Part shown: in pieces, positions 24,640 through 37,251 of the stretch
How positions within the stretch are numbered: position 1 is the first letter of the stretch
Layout of the letters: each line of letters opens with the position of its first letter
DNA from: Mobula birostris
Taxonomy: Eukaryota
Length of the DNA stretch: 64,000 nucleotides
Assembly (NCBI RefSeq): GCF_030028105.1
Contig: NC_092382.1
Location: 6,090,215-6,154,214 of the forward strand
Direction: 5' to 3'
Program-made: the position numbers and the translations under genes
The notes under the pieces: generated by a model
Told to the model about the DNA's origin: nothing
Database searches by the model: none
What the model saw: only the letters and a program-made list of their open reading frames with translations

Positions 24640-26215
24640 GGGCAATGCAGAGGAGATGTACAAGGATGTTGCCTGGATTGGGGAGCATGCCTTATGAGAG
24701 TTGGTTGAGTGAACTCGGCCTTTTCTCTTTGGAGTGACGGAGGATGAGAGGTGACCTGATAGAGGTGTATAAGAAGAGGAGAGGCATTGGTTGTGTGGAC
24801 AGACAGGTTTTTTCCCCAGGGCTGAAATGGCTAACACAAGAGGGCACTGTTTTAGGGTGCATGGGTGTAGGTACAGAGGAGATATAAAGGGTAAATTTTT
24901 TATGCAGTGAGTAGTGAGTGCGTGGAATGGGCTGCCAGAGACAGTGTTGAGGTGGAAACGATGGGGTCTTTTAAGAGTCTCCTGGATAGGTACATGGAGC
25001 TTAGAAAAATAGAGGAGTATGGGTAAGCCTAGGTAGTTCTAGGGTAAGGAAATGTTTGGCACAGCTTTGTGGACCAAGGGGCCTGTTCTGTGTTGTAGGT
25101 TTTCTGTATCTCTAAGGTGCTGCATGTGAGGTTGCTTAACAAGATCACAGCGCATGGAATTACAGGAAAGGTGCTTGTATGGGTCGAAGCTTGGCTGACT
25201 GACCAGGGAGAAAGAGTCAGAATAATGTGGCAATTCTGTTTTGCTGTCACTAACTAATGGTGTTCCATGGGGGTCAGTATTGAGACTGCATCTTTTCATG
25301 TTAAATCTGAATGATATGGATGACGGAATTGATACCTTGGTGACGAACTTTGCAGTTGATACAAAGATAGGTACAGGGCAGGTAGTTTAGAGCAAAGTGG
25401 GAGTCTGCAGATGGACTTCGATAGGTTTGGATAACAGGCAACTAAGTAGTAGATGAAATACAGTGTATGCAAATATATGCTCACGTACAATTGGTAGGAG
25501 GAATAAGGGTGTTGGAAAAAAAAATAAATGGGAGAAAATTCAAAAATCTGAGGTGCATAGGTACTTGGGAGTCCTTGAGCAGGAGTCCGGAAAGGTTTGC
25601 TTGCAGATTGAGTTGATAAAAGATGAAAACGGTAATGTTAACATATAAGAGCAAGGATGTGACACTGTAGCTTTATAACACATCGGTCAGTTCGCTGTTG
25701 GTGTATTGTGAGCAGTTTCCGACCTCCTGTCTGAGAAAAAGATGTGCTCGTATTGGAGCGGGTCTGGAGAAGGTTCATGAAGGTTCTAGGAATGAAAGGG
25801 TTAACTTAGGATCGTTAGACGGCTTTGACCCTGTACTCACTGGTCCAGAAGAAAGAGAGGGGATCTCATTGAAACCTATCAAATATTGAAAGGCCTGGAC
25901 AGAGTGGCTATGAAGAAGATGCACCCTACGCTGTGTGAGTCTGGGACCAGAGGCCACGGCCTCAATGTATAGAGCATCCACTGAGAGCAGAGATGAGGAG
26001 GAATTTCTGTAGTCAGGGAGTGGTAAATCTTTGGAATTCATTGCCACAGATGGAGCAGAGGCCAAGTCAGTGAGTGTATTTTAAATGGATGTTGAAAGAT
26101 TATGGGGAGAAGGCAGGAGAATGGGGTTGAGAGAGATAATCAATTGGACACGAAGGAATGGTGGAACAGACTCGATTGGCTGAGCAGCCTCTGTCTCACA
26201 TCTCATGGCTCATGG
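24640..26215 (+). mobile_element. Degraded CR1 fragments (at least two)
   Basis: Similar to 60350-60800 and to CR1 RT C-terminus; many stops. Confidence 0.75.
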
Positions 26216-26739
26216 ACTGAAGAGGCTAGTGCGGTTGCATTAGGGTTAAGGTATCGTGAGGGTATCCACGCCTGGATTATTTCCTATTGATGCTGCCTGG
26301 CCTGCTGCGTTCCACCAGAATTTTCTGTGTGTCGCTTGAATTTCCAGCATCTGCAGATTTTCTCGTGTTTACACCCTGGATTATTGTATTCAGTTTTGGT
26401 GGTTCTGCTGTAGGAGAGAGGACGTCAAGCTGGAATGAGTGCAGGAGAGATTTACGAGAATGGTGCCGGTACTCGAGGGACTGAGTTCTGGAGAGAGGCT
26501 GGGCAGGTTGGGACTTCACACCTTGAAGTGCAGGAGATTGAGGCTGACATGATGCAAGTGTTCCAAACCCTGAGTGTCCAGAACTGGGGAACGTGCGCAG
26601 TCCTTTTCCCCACTTTTGTGGAACCAACAACCAGACGGCACTGGTTCAAGGTGAGAGAGGATTGATTTAATAGGGATGCCAGGGGAAAATTATTAATCCG
26701 CTCTCCCTTCCGGTTCATCGTTTAACTAACTCGATGAGT

Positions 26740-27275
26740 CCACTCTCAGGTTAAAGGAGCAACACCTCATATTACATCCGGGTAGTCTACAACCCGATGG
26801 CATGAACATCGATATCTTTAACTTCTACCTCTTCCTTTTCCTTTCATCAACACACACACCCGTCTCCTCCATTCTGTCTCCCCACTTCTCTCTTCTCCAC
26901 TGTGGACCGTCTCCCTCTGGTTCCTCTTTTACTTCCTCTTTTCCCCATGGTCCGCTCTCCTATCCTATCAAATTCCTTCTTTTCAGTCCTTTGCATTTTC
27001 CACCTCCCACCTCTCAGCGTCTCACTTCATCTCCCACCTCCCCCACCCACTCACCTTCACTCTTACCTGGCTTCACCTACCATCTACCAGCTTGGACTCT
27101 TCCACTCCCCGCATCATCTTGTTCCAGCTTCTCCCCACTTCCAGTCCTGATGAAGGGTCTCGGCAGGAAATCTCTGTTTTGCTTTATCCCCCTCTATAGA
27201 AGCTACCTGACCTCCTGACTTCCTCCAACATCTTGTGTTTCTTACTCTGCATCTCCAACACCTGCAGAATCTCAT
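26740..27275 (+). mobile_element. Penelope-like element 3' fragment
   Basis: RLKEQHLILHPGSLQPDGMNID resembles the end of the PLE GIY-YIG domain; C/T-rich tract; cagtc-CTGATGA-agggtctcggcag-GAAA at 27142-27170. Confidence 0.75.
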
Positions 27276-28189
27276 CGGGACAGAGTGCAGAATGCAGAGA
27301 GTACATTGGGTCTCACTAATGTCGAGGAGGACACACGTGGAAAACTGGAAACAGTAGATGACCCCTGTTTGGGACCCTGTCTAGTGGTGAGGAGAGTGGT
27401 TTGGGGCAGGTCTAGAACTTCATCCACTTGCAGAGTTGGCTTCCAGCCCCCTACACCCCTCCTTATTGCTGTAAACCTCTCTCTTTTCTGGACAGCACTT
27501 CCACTTGGTGGTGATTTGCCACAATAACAGGAGCCCCTGATTTGTGGACTCTGTTGTCACCGGGTGGTGCTCTGCCGCAGTAACGCTGAGAGACAGAAAT
27601 GTGACGCTGCAGACTGCTGAAATGTTTATTCAAGATTCAAGGTTGTTTAATTCCATTTCCAACAGACAAGTGTAAATGAGATCGAAATAGTTATTACTCC
27701 GGCTCCAAAGCAACACAAAAACACAATAGTAAAAACATATATCCACAGCTTATGTACTGTGCACGGATTGATCATATGATACTCTATGAAGATGCTTCAT
27801 AAATACCCTATTGTTTGTGAATATGTTCTAAATTTCAGGGCCAAATCATCTCACCTCTGCTGGTAAATCATCCCATGTAATACACTGGTAAAACTGCACT
27901 GCTGGCTCCATAGCTACTCTAAGATTTCTTTCTGCTTGGGGATTAAAACTGTGCATAGAATTCCAGATGTGGCCTCACTAACACCCTGTGCAATAGTAGC
28001 TACACAGGCCCGTTACATAATCTCCACTCCCTGTGCGGTGAAGGCCAAAATACAATCTGCCTTTTGAATTACTTGATGCAGAACCAGAACGTCGTCATTA
28101 GATTTCCTTCCTTTGCTTCTGTGTTATCAGCAGATTTGGACATTTCCCATCTCGTTCCCTCCTCCAGGCAATTAAGCAGTGAATATGTT

Positions 28190-28595
28190 TACTGAACATA
28201 CAAACATGTACCAGAGCCTGTCTGCAGGGTTAGTACTTTGCTCTGGGTGTAAGATGTGGGAATTCCGGGAATCTTCCCGTCTCCCAGACGGCCATATCGG
28301 CGCCCGGTGTGCTGAGATGCAGCTGATGAGAGAACGTGTTAGGGATCTGGAACTGCGGCTTGATGATCTACAGCTTATAATGGAACGTGAGCAGGAGATC
28401 GATAAGTGGGTGACTGTCAGGGAAGGGATGGGAAGAGCTCAGATAGCAGAGAGCACCCCTGTGGCCATCCCCCTCAGTAATTGTTATCTCGTTTTAGATG
28501 CTGTTGAGGGGGATGACCTGACAGAGGACGACCACGGCGATGCGGTCTCTAGCATTGGGTCTGGTTCCGTGGAGCAGAAGGGAAAAAGGAAGATG
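28190..28595 (+). mobile_element. CR1 ORF1 N-terminal fragment abutting the truncated Gypsy element
   Basis: CSGCKMWE..CAEMQLMRERVRDLELRLDDL: zinc-finger/leucine-zipper pattern typical of CR1 ORF1. Confidence 0.7.
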
Positions 28596-28599
28596 ATCT

Positions 28600-31255
28600 C
28601 TGTTTTAAGTCATCATAACCTGAATCCCAACTTTGGCTATCATGGGTATCAGAATCATGCTGCACAGAACCGTCTGCATTGGCAGACTTTTTAGCTGTAC
28701 TTCGAGTTACTGTGCAGGAAGGATAAATGTTAAAATCCATCTGTGGGTCGTCAGTGGTTGGCTTAGTTGTCAACTGAACTGCAGGAACAACCTTACCATC
28801 TGCCAGGTCATTCCCTATCAGCAAAGTAACATCTTCCACCGGTAAACTGGAGCATAATCCGATCTTAACAGGTCCTGAAACCAACCCTGACTGTAAAGTT
28901 ACCTTGTGCAATGGAAAAGATACAATGCTGCCCCCAATGCCTTTAATAAGATTTACCTCACCAATGTCAGTCTCATCACCAAACTTTAGAATACTGTCTA
29001 ATATAAGTGACTGAGAAGCCCTAGTATCTCAAAGAATTTTCACTGGTACCGGGGTTGACCCTTCCATTACTAATATAAACCCATCTGACATAAAATGATC
29101 GAATCCCTTCTTAACTCATTCAGACCTCTCAGTCCTTAACTGAGCCTCAACAGAATGTTCAGAACCCTGTGGGTTTATAGGTGCTTCAACATACTGATCA
29201 CAGGCATGTGGGACTGCCTCCTTTTCCTTTTTCTTCTTCAGGACAGGACAATTAGCCATCATATGACCAGCTTTCTTACAATAGTAACAAGAAAGACCAG
29301 AATATTTCTCCTTCAACTGCTTCCCTTCATCCTCACTCTTGTCACTAAACCCAACTTCAATTTCTGGTTTACCCTGGTTATCCCTGCTACTCCTTTGGAA
29401 GCTCTTATTCTGGGTAAACTTAACCTTATGAGTTAAAGCAAACACATCTGCTAATCTAGCAGACTCCTGCAAAGTGGCAGCATCCTTTTCATTTAAATAC
29501 GTCTTTATGTCATCAGGGATGCACCTCCTGAATTCTTCAGTTAAAACCAAATCTTTCAAGCTGTTAAAATCATCATTAACATTTTTATATGTGCACCAGC
29601 GGTCAAAACACACAAACTTCTCATAAGCAAATCCATATAAGTCTGGTTCACAGATTTCCTCAAATTTCTAAACTTTTGCCTGTATGCTTCTGGGACCAAC
29701 TCATAAGCACTGAGCACAGCCTGTTACACTATGTCATAATCAGCTGCTTCAACAACAGTCAAAGCAGAATAGGCTCGCTGAGCCTTCCCCTTAATTACAC
29801 TTTGTAAGAGAATGGGCCAACCCTCTTTTTGCCACTTTAAACTCAGAGCAACCTTCTCAAAATGCTGAAAGTATTTATCAACCTCTGCCTCATCAAATGG
29901 AGGTAGCAATTTAACTTTCCGACTGGCCTCAAACTTATCCCCAGAGTCTAACGCGAGACCCTTTTGCTGCAATCTCTCTATCTTTTCCAGCTCGAACAGC
30001 CTCTGTCTTTCTGCTTCTTCCCTGTTTTTCTGCCTCTTCTCTCTGTTTTACTGCCTCTCTAGCCTCAACCTGCCTCTGCCGTTCCACAGCCTCCATCTTT
30101 AATTTTTCTAACTTGTACGGGAGCCCAAGCTCACTAGGTTTACTTTCAGGAAACACCTCCAACTCCTCCACTTTAAACACACCCTCATATACATAATGTT
30201 CAGCTATTATCCTCTGCATCTGTGACCTCCTCATTGTCGATTTCACCTTCACAAGTTTTAACCTTTCAGCAATACTCAAAACGCAATCCTTCTGGTGTCC
30301 TTTAGTGCCTCAGAGGTTGGCGCTTCCAGACATCTATCAACATCCATTGCTTCTGCCACACAAATAAATCAAAAGGGATTTCACCAATGAAGTTGGTTAG
30401 TAATCTATACACCCCCAAATCTGTTCATATCCAGGATGCAGGCCCCAATTTTTTTATGAACCATAACGCTCTAGAAACGAACCAGCAGCAATAAACTACA
30501 CCTGGAGTCTGGTTTTGATGTTAAATCCACTATCTTTATTAGCATCTACTAACAATATAGTATTTTAAGCAAGATAAACAGAAGTTAACAGTGTTATGCG
30601 TACGTGTGTGTAAATATAACTCCCAAACTATTGAACTCGGGGGAAACAAAGCTTGGAGTCTTGAGATGGTGAACTATGAAAGTTCAGTTCAACCACAGAG
30701 CAGTTGAGGAGAGAGAGATATTTGTAATCCAGGGTAAATGTCGAGAGAAGGCAATAACGTGAATTCAAGTTTCCATGGTGGTAAAACGAGAGAACAGTCG
30801 CTGCAGATTTTATCCGTCATCGTTCCAAATCCATTTACGAATTATCACAGGAAGTGACTTGTCACAAGGGGTATCGTCTTCAAGTGAATTACCACACCAC
30901 ACCCAGGCAAGTGTTAACACATAGGTGGTCTTCATAGGATACCCCAAATCCGATCCACTCCTATGGATCAAATGAGGTGACAACCACACATTTGATGTTC
31001 GCTGAATCGATAATTAACCCACCCTTGTGGGCAGAGGAAAGTTCCAAACAGTGACCCTTGGCCACCAGTTCCCTTGTTTCGAACCTTCCATTTTTCCTCC
31101 TTCATCTCCATCTGACTCTGAGTATCTGTGTCCTCGGTTAAAACAAGCAGCGAGCGATGTAAACAAGCTGCAAGTCAGACTGATTTCCATTCTTAATCTC
31201 TCTCTCTCTCTTAAAATGACAGTCCACAGAAAATGAAACCTAGGGATTCATAACA
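28600..31255 (-). mobile_element. Gmr1-like Gypsy element copy A (5' LTR, PBS, gag, protease; 3'-truncated)
   Basis: LTR ~30452-31255 with TGTTATGAA termini; PBS-like TGGGGCCTGCATCCTGGAT at 30447-30429; gag with SCAN-like segment and CYYCKKAGHMMANC knuckle; collinear with copy B. Confidence 0.9.
30452..31255 (-). repeat. 5' LTR of Gypsy copy A
   Basis: Paralogous to ~47875-48687; minus-strand AATAAA at 30540-30535. Confidence 0.85.
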
Positions 31256-31493
31256 ATGGCCCAGTGTGAACTGACTGGTGTGCCAGTAGGTGGGATGACT
31301 GAGTGAATCTCTTCCCACAGTCTGAGCAGGTGAACGGCCTCTCCCCAGTGTGAACTCGCTGATGACTCTGTAGGTTGGATGAGTGAGTGAATCTCTTCCC
31401 ACATTCTGAGCAGGTGAACGGCCTCTCCCCAGTGCGAACTGACTGGTGTGCCAGTAGGTGGGATGACCGGGTGAATCTCTTACCACATTCTGT

Positions 31494-32882
31494 TCAGGTG
31501 AATGGCTTCTCCCCAGTGTGAACTCGCTGGTGTTTCTGCAGGGTGGACGAATCAGTGAACCTCTTCCCACAGACTGAGCAGTTGAACGGCTTCTCCCCAG
31601 TGTGAACTCGCTGATGTCTCTGTAGGTCGGATGACTGAGTGAATCTCTTCCCACATTCTGAGCAGGTGAACGGCCTCTCCCCAGTGTGAACTCGCTGGTG
31701 TTTCTGTAGGGTGGACAAATTAGTGAATCTCTTCCCACAGACTGAGCAGGAGAATGGCCTCTCCCGCGTGTGAGCTGACTGGTGTGCCAGCAGTCCGGAT
31801 GACCTATTGAATCTCTTCCCACATTCTGAGCAGGTGAACGGCTTCTCCCCAGTGTGAACTCGCTGATGACTGTGTAGGTTGGATGAGTAAGTGAATCTCT
31901 TCCCACATTCGGAGCAGGTGAACGGCTTCTCCCCAGTGTGAACTCGCTGGTGACTCTGTAGGTGGGATGAATCAGTGAATCTCTTCCCACATTCGGAGCA
32001 GGTGAACGGCTTCTCCCCAGTGTGAATTCGCTGATGACTCTGCAGATCGGATGACTGAGTGAATCTCTTCCCACAGACTGAGCAGGTGAACGGCTTCTCC
32101 CCAGTGTGAACTCGCTGATGTCTCTGTAGATCGGATGACCGAGTGAATCTCTTCCCACATTCTGAGCAGGTGAATGGCTTCTCCCCAGTGTGAACTTGCT
32201 GATGTCTCTGTAGGGTGGACGAATCAGTGAATCTCTTCCCACATTCTGAGCAGGCGAACGGCTTCTCCCCCGTGTGAACTCGCTGATGACTCTGTAGGCA
32301 GGATGACCAAGTGAATCTCTTCCCACATTCTGAGCAGGTGAACGGCCTCTGCCCCGTGTGAACTGACTGGTGTGCCAGTAGTCTGGATGACCTAGTGAAT
32401 CTCTTCCCACATTCTAAGCAGGGGAACGGCTTCTCCCCAGTGTGAACTTGCTGATGTCTCTGTAGGGTGAATGACTGAGTGAATCCCTTCCCACAGACTG
32501 AGCAGGTGAACGGCTTCTCCCCAGTGTGAACTCGCTGGTGACTCTGTAGGTGGGATGAATCAGTGAATCTCATGCCACATTCTGAGCAGGTGAACGGCTT
32601 CTCCCCAGAGTGAATTCGCTGGTGTTTCTGTAGGGTGGATGAATCAGTGAATCTCTTCCCACAGAATGAGCAGGTGAACGGCTTCTCCCCAGTGTGAACT
32701 CGCTGATGTCTCTGTAGGTCGGATGACTGAGTGAATCTCTTCCCACATTCTGAGCAGGTGAATGGCTTCTCCCCAGTGTGAATTCGCTGATGTCTCTGTA
32801 GGATGGATGAATCAGTGTATCTCTTCCCACAGACTGAGCAGGTGAATGGCTTCTCCCCAGTTTGAACTCGCTGGTGAGCCAT
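31494..32882 (-). CDS. C2H2 zinc-finger protein ZNF-B, 462 aa from the MAHQRV ATG, 16 intact fingers
   Basis: ORF 31494-33059 starts at TTG; the homologous ATG is at 32882; acceptor at 33290/33289. After the in-frame TGA there are one broken and two intact fingers up to the LTR at 31255. Confidence 0.88.
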   Translation of the reverse strand: MAHQRVQTGEKPFTCSVCGKRYTDSSILQRHQRIHTGEKPFTCSECGKRFTQSSDLQRHQRVHTGEKPFTCSFCGKRFTDSSTLQKHQRIHSGEKPFTCSECGMRFTDSSHLQSHQRVHTGEKPFTCSVCGKGFTQSFTLQRHQQVHTGEKPFPCLECGKRFTRSSRLLAHQSVHTGQRPFTCSECGKRFTWSSCLQSHQRVHTGEKPFACSECGKRFTDSSTLQRHQQVHTGEKPFTCSECGKRFTRSSDLQRHQRVHTGEKPFTCSVCGKRFTQSSDLQSHQRIHTGEKPFTCSECGKRFTDSSHLQSHQRVHTGEKPFTCSECGKRFTYSSNLHSHQRVHTGEKPFTCSECGKRFNRSSGLLAHQSAHTRERPFSCSVCGKRFTNLSTLQKHQRVHTGERPFTCSECGKRFTQSSDLQRHQRVHTGEKPFNCSVCGKRFTDSSTLQKHQRVHTGEKPFT

Positions 32883-33799
32883 TAGGTTAGATGACTGAGT
32901 GAATCCTTTTTCCTTTCCCAGAAATTCAGCAGATGACCAGCCTCTACCCAATGTGAACTGACTGGTGTGTCCGCAGGTGGGAAGACCGACTGAATCCTTT
33001 CTCACACACAGAACAGATGAATGGCCTTGCCCAGTGTGAACTTGCTGATATACCTTCAATTGAGATAACCGAGTGAATCCATTCCCACTATCTGAGCAGG
33101 TGAACGGCCTTTCCCTTGGAAAGTTATGGGCATGTCAGTCGGTCAGAAGACTGAGAGAATACCTTCCCACAGTCTGAACAGGAACGATGGTCGATCCCTT
33201 GCTCCAGTTCTTAAATATCTTGACAGGGACAGCAAAACTGGCGTGCCGTGTTTGAGATTGCTGGAGGCAAATTCCTTCTCGTTTTTAACCTGTAAAAAGA
33301 TTTACAAAATCCATCAATTGGTGTAGGACAACATTTCAGATGAGATTACTTGAGTTGCCAAGGTTTGATCTGATATCACACTGTTACAGTGAGGTTCAAC
33401 CCAAGTTGGACAGAGAAATCATCTTCTGCATGGGCACAGTGCTGGTATCTGGAGTGACCAGCAAATTCTCTGATGCTCTTCCTGTCTCTATAAGAATGGG
33501 GCATTTCTGCCATCTCCAATCTGTGACCTGGCTCAGTTTGACTCTCTCCATTGGTATTATTCCCTGTTCCTGCTGAGCCCCATGGATGCCTGGCCCCACA
33601 GTAACTGAAACACCCTCTCACAAATAGTCTTTCTTGACATGCATCTGGGATTTTCTTTTATGTATTATTAACTTAAAGTGCCACAGTTTTAACGCCATAT
33701 AAAAAATTCCTGCTGAGATGAATGGTTGGTCCACACAGCTGTTAAAAGGACTTGGAGTGAATTTTTGTATTATTTCAGGTTCTTGTCACAGTCACAGAA

Positions 33800-35085
33800 A
33801 ATTACAACACAGAAACAGGCCCTTTGGGCCATCTGGTTTGTGCTGAACTATTTAAACTGCCCACTTCCATACCCCTACCATCCATGTACCTATGCAAACC
33901 TCTTAAATGTTGAAATTGAGCTCGCATGCACCACTTGTGCTGGCTGCTCATTCCACACCCGGATGACCGTCTGTGTGAAGAAGTTTCCCCTCATGTGCGC
34001 CTAATATCTCACCTTTCACCCTTAACCCATGGCCTCTGGTTGTAGTACCGCCCAATCTCAGTAGAGAAAGCCAGCTTGCATTTACCCTATCTATACCCCT
34101 CTATCACAATCAAATCTCCCCTCGGTCTTCTACATTCTAAGGAATAAAGTCTTGACCTGCTCAATCTTTCCTTATAACCCAAGTCCTCCAGACCTGGCAA
34201 AATCCTTGTGAATCTTCTCTGAACTCTTTCAACCTCTTTTACATCTTCCTGTAGGTTGGTGACCAAAACCGCACACAATACTCCAAATTAGGCCTCACCA
34301 ATGTCTTGTACAAAGTCAACAGAACATCCATCTATTGTTGTCAGTACTTTGGTTCAAAAAGGCCAACGTGCCAAAATCTTTCTTTCCATCCCTATCTAAC
34401 TGTGACACCACTTTCAGTGAAATACAGACCTGTATTCTCAGATGCCTTTCTTCTACAGCAATCCTCAGTGCCCTAACATTCACTGTGTAAGACCTAGGTC
34501 CAACCAAAATGCAACACCTCACACTTGTCTCCATTAAATTCCATTTTGCATTTCTTATCCCATTATTCCAGCTGATCCAGATTGCACTGCAAGCCATGAT
34601 AGTCTTCCTTGCTGTTCACGACACCACTAATCTTGGTGTGATCCACAAATTTGCTGATCCAGTTAACCACACTATCAACCAGATTACTGATATAGATGAC
34701 ACACAATAACAGATACAGCACTGATCCCTGTGGCAAACCACTAGTCACAGGCCTCCAGTCAGAGAGGCAACCATGTGCTACCACACTCTGGCTTCTCCCA
34801 AAGACAGTGACTCACCCAATTTACTATCTCATCTTGAATGCTGAGTGACTGAACCTTCTTGACCAATCTCCCATATGAGACTTTGCCCAGTGCCTTGCTA
34901 AAGTCCATGTAGACAACATCCACTGCCTTGCCTTCAACCACTTTCCTCATAACCTCCTCAAGAGACTCTATAAGATTGGATAGACATGACCTACCGTGCA
35001 CAAAGCCATGCTGTCTATCCTTTATCAGTCCACACCTATCCAAATACTTACAGTATATATCCGGTTCCTGCACATACATTCCAAT
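33800..35085 (-). mobile_element. Degraded CR1 RT fragment in ZNF-B intron (paralog ~52650-54050)
   Basis: QHGFVHGRSCLSNL, YMDFSKA, GLPQGSVL motifs with frameshifts. Confidence 0.8.
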
Positions 35086-36096
35086 AACTTACCCAAAACC
35101 TGTTGGGAAACTTTCAGAAACCAAAAGCAGACAACTAAAAAAAAAAGTCAGGTGAGCTCAGGGCATGGAATCATGATACTGTTGTCATTCATGCGTCTTG
35201 GTAGCACCCAACAGTCTGAGGCATTTAGAGGAACAAAATATCCTGGCCTCAATATCTCTTGAAAAGCAAGGTTCCCTGCACCTGTAACTTTTCAACTTTT
35301 ATTTTAGCAGGCATGTATAAACTCTACATCCTCAAAATTTCACTTCTGAAGGCCTCCCACTTACCAAGTACTCCTTTGCCAGAAAGCAGCCTGTTCCAAA
35401 CCACACTTGTCAGAGCCTTTCTCATACCATCAAAATTGACCTTTCTCCAATTTAGAATCTCAACCCGTGGTGCACACCTCTCGTTTTCCATATTTACTTT
35501 GAATCTCATGGCATTATGATCACTAATTTCTGTCACCAGCCCTGGATCATTTCCTAACAGCTTACTGCACACTTCTACGTCAGGAATTCAAATTACAGAT
35601 TAAGGGCACATTTGACAAACTCTACTCCATCTAGTCCTTTTGCTGTATGGGAGTCCCAGTCAATATATGGAAAGTTAAAATCACTTACTGGAACAACCTT
35701 TGCATCTTGGCATGGTGCAATCTCTCTACAAATTTATTCCTCTAAATCCCTCAAACTGTTGGATGCAACCAAGTCCCCACAATGGATACAACTTCATAAT
35801 TCCCTGTCCTGAGCTCATCTGGCTTTCCTACGATGCTTCTTGCATTGTGATATACACAGCTCAGCACATCATCGCACCATGCTCAACCATTTGATTGCTG
35901 ACTCTGTCTGAGGTCTGAACAACATCTGACTGATGTCAAGAAAACAAACTCTCCCTCATTGTCACAAAAACAAAGGAGCTGATTATGGACGACAGGAGGA
36001 ATGGAGACAGGCTAATCCCTATTGACATCAATGGATCTGGGGTTAAGACGGTGAACAGCTTTAAGTTCCTCGGCATAAACATCACCGAGGATCTCA

Positions 36097-36912
36097 CATA
36101 TAACCATATAACAATTACAGCATGGAAACAGGCCATCTCGGCCCTTCTAGTCCATGCTGAATGCTTACTCTCACCTAGTCCCACCAACCTGCACTCAGCC
36201 CATAACCCTCCATTCCTTTCCTGTCCATACAGCTATCCAATTTTACTTTAAATGACAATATCGAGCCTGCCTCTACCACTTCTGCTGGAAGCTCATTCCA
36301 CACAGCTACCACACTCTACCACTCCCCTCATGTTACCCCTAAACTTCTGCCCCCTAACTCTCAACTCATGTCCTCTTGTTTGAATCTCACCTACTCTCAA
36401 TGGAAAAAGCCTATACACGTCAACTCTATCTATCCCCCTCATAATTTTAAATACCTCTGTCAAGACTCCCCTCAACCTTCTACGCCCCAAAAAAATAAAG
36501 ACCCAACTTGTTCAACCTTTCTCTGTAACTAAGGTGCTGAAACCCAGGTAACATTCTAGTAAATCTCTGTATTCTCTCTATTTTGTTGACATCTTTCCGA
36601 TTATTCGGTGACCAGAACTGTACACAATACTCCAAATTTGGCCTTACCAATGCCTTGTACAATTTTAACATTACATTCCAGCTCCTATACTCAATGCTCT
36701 GATTTATGAAGGCCAGCACACCAAAAGCTTTCTTCACCACCCTATCCACATGAGATTCCACCTTCAGGGAATGATGCACCATTACTCCCAGATCCCTCTG
36801 TTCTACTGCATTCTTCAATGCCCTACCATTTACCATGTATGTCCTATTTTGATTATCCTACCAAAATGTAGCATCTCACACTCACCAGCATTAAACTCCA
36901 TTTGCCATCTTT
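36097..36912 (-). mobile_element. CR1 3' fragment nested in a Rex1-like fragment
   Basis: LYKALVRPNLEYCVQFWSP; splits ctcaca|tggtctgtac, which is contiguous at ~14040-14055. Confidence 0.85.
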
Positions 36913-37251
36913 CATGTACATGGTCTGTACATACCGGCTGTGTTGTGAAAAGAGCACAGCAGCACTTCTTTCACCGCAGATAGTTGAAGAAGTTGGGGAT
37001 GGGGCCCAAAATCCAAAGGTCTTTCTACAGGGACACACAATTGAGAGCATCCTGACTGGCTGCATCACTGCCTGGTATGGGAACCTGCAGAGAGTGGTGC
37101 AGACAGCCCAGCACATCTGTAGATGTGAACTTCCCACTATTCAGGACATTTACAGAGACAGGTGTGTAAAAGGGGCCCAAAGGATATTGGGGACCCAATT
37201 CACCACAACCACAAACTGTTCCTGCTGCTCCCATCCAGGAAACGGTACCAC

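Noticed and set aside
30429-30447. tRNA gene
   Set aside because: Only a degenerate primer-binding site resembling the tRNA-Pro complement (TGGGGGCTCGTCCGGGAT); no cloverleaf.
31494-31496. TGA at a Cys position as possible selenocysteine
   Set aside because: The neighbouring codon and the final His of the same finger are also mutated; no SECIS evident.
31211-32410. Long alternative-frame ORFs over the finger arrays (also 49516-50436, 50692-51528, 19455-19730)
   Set aside because: By-product of the 84-bp repeat lacking stops in a shifted frame ([13 protein letters not shown]); no independent evidence of coding.
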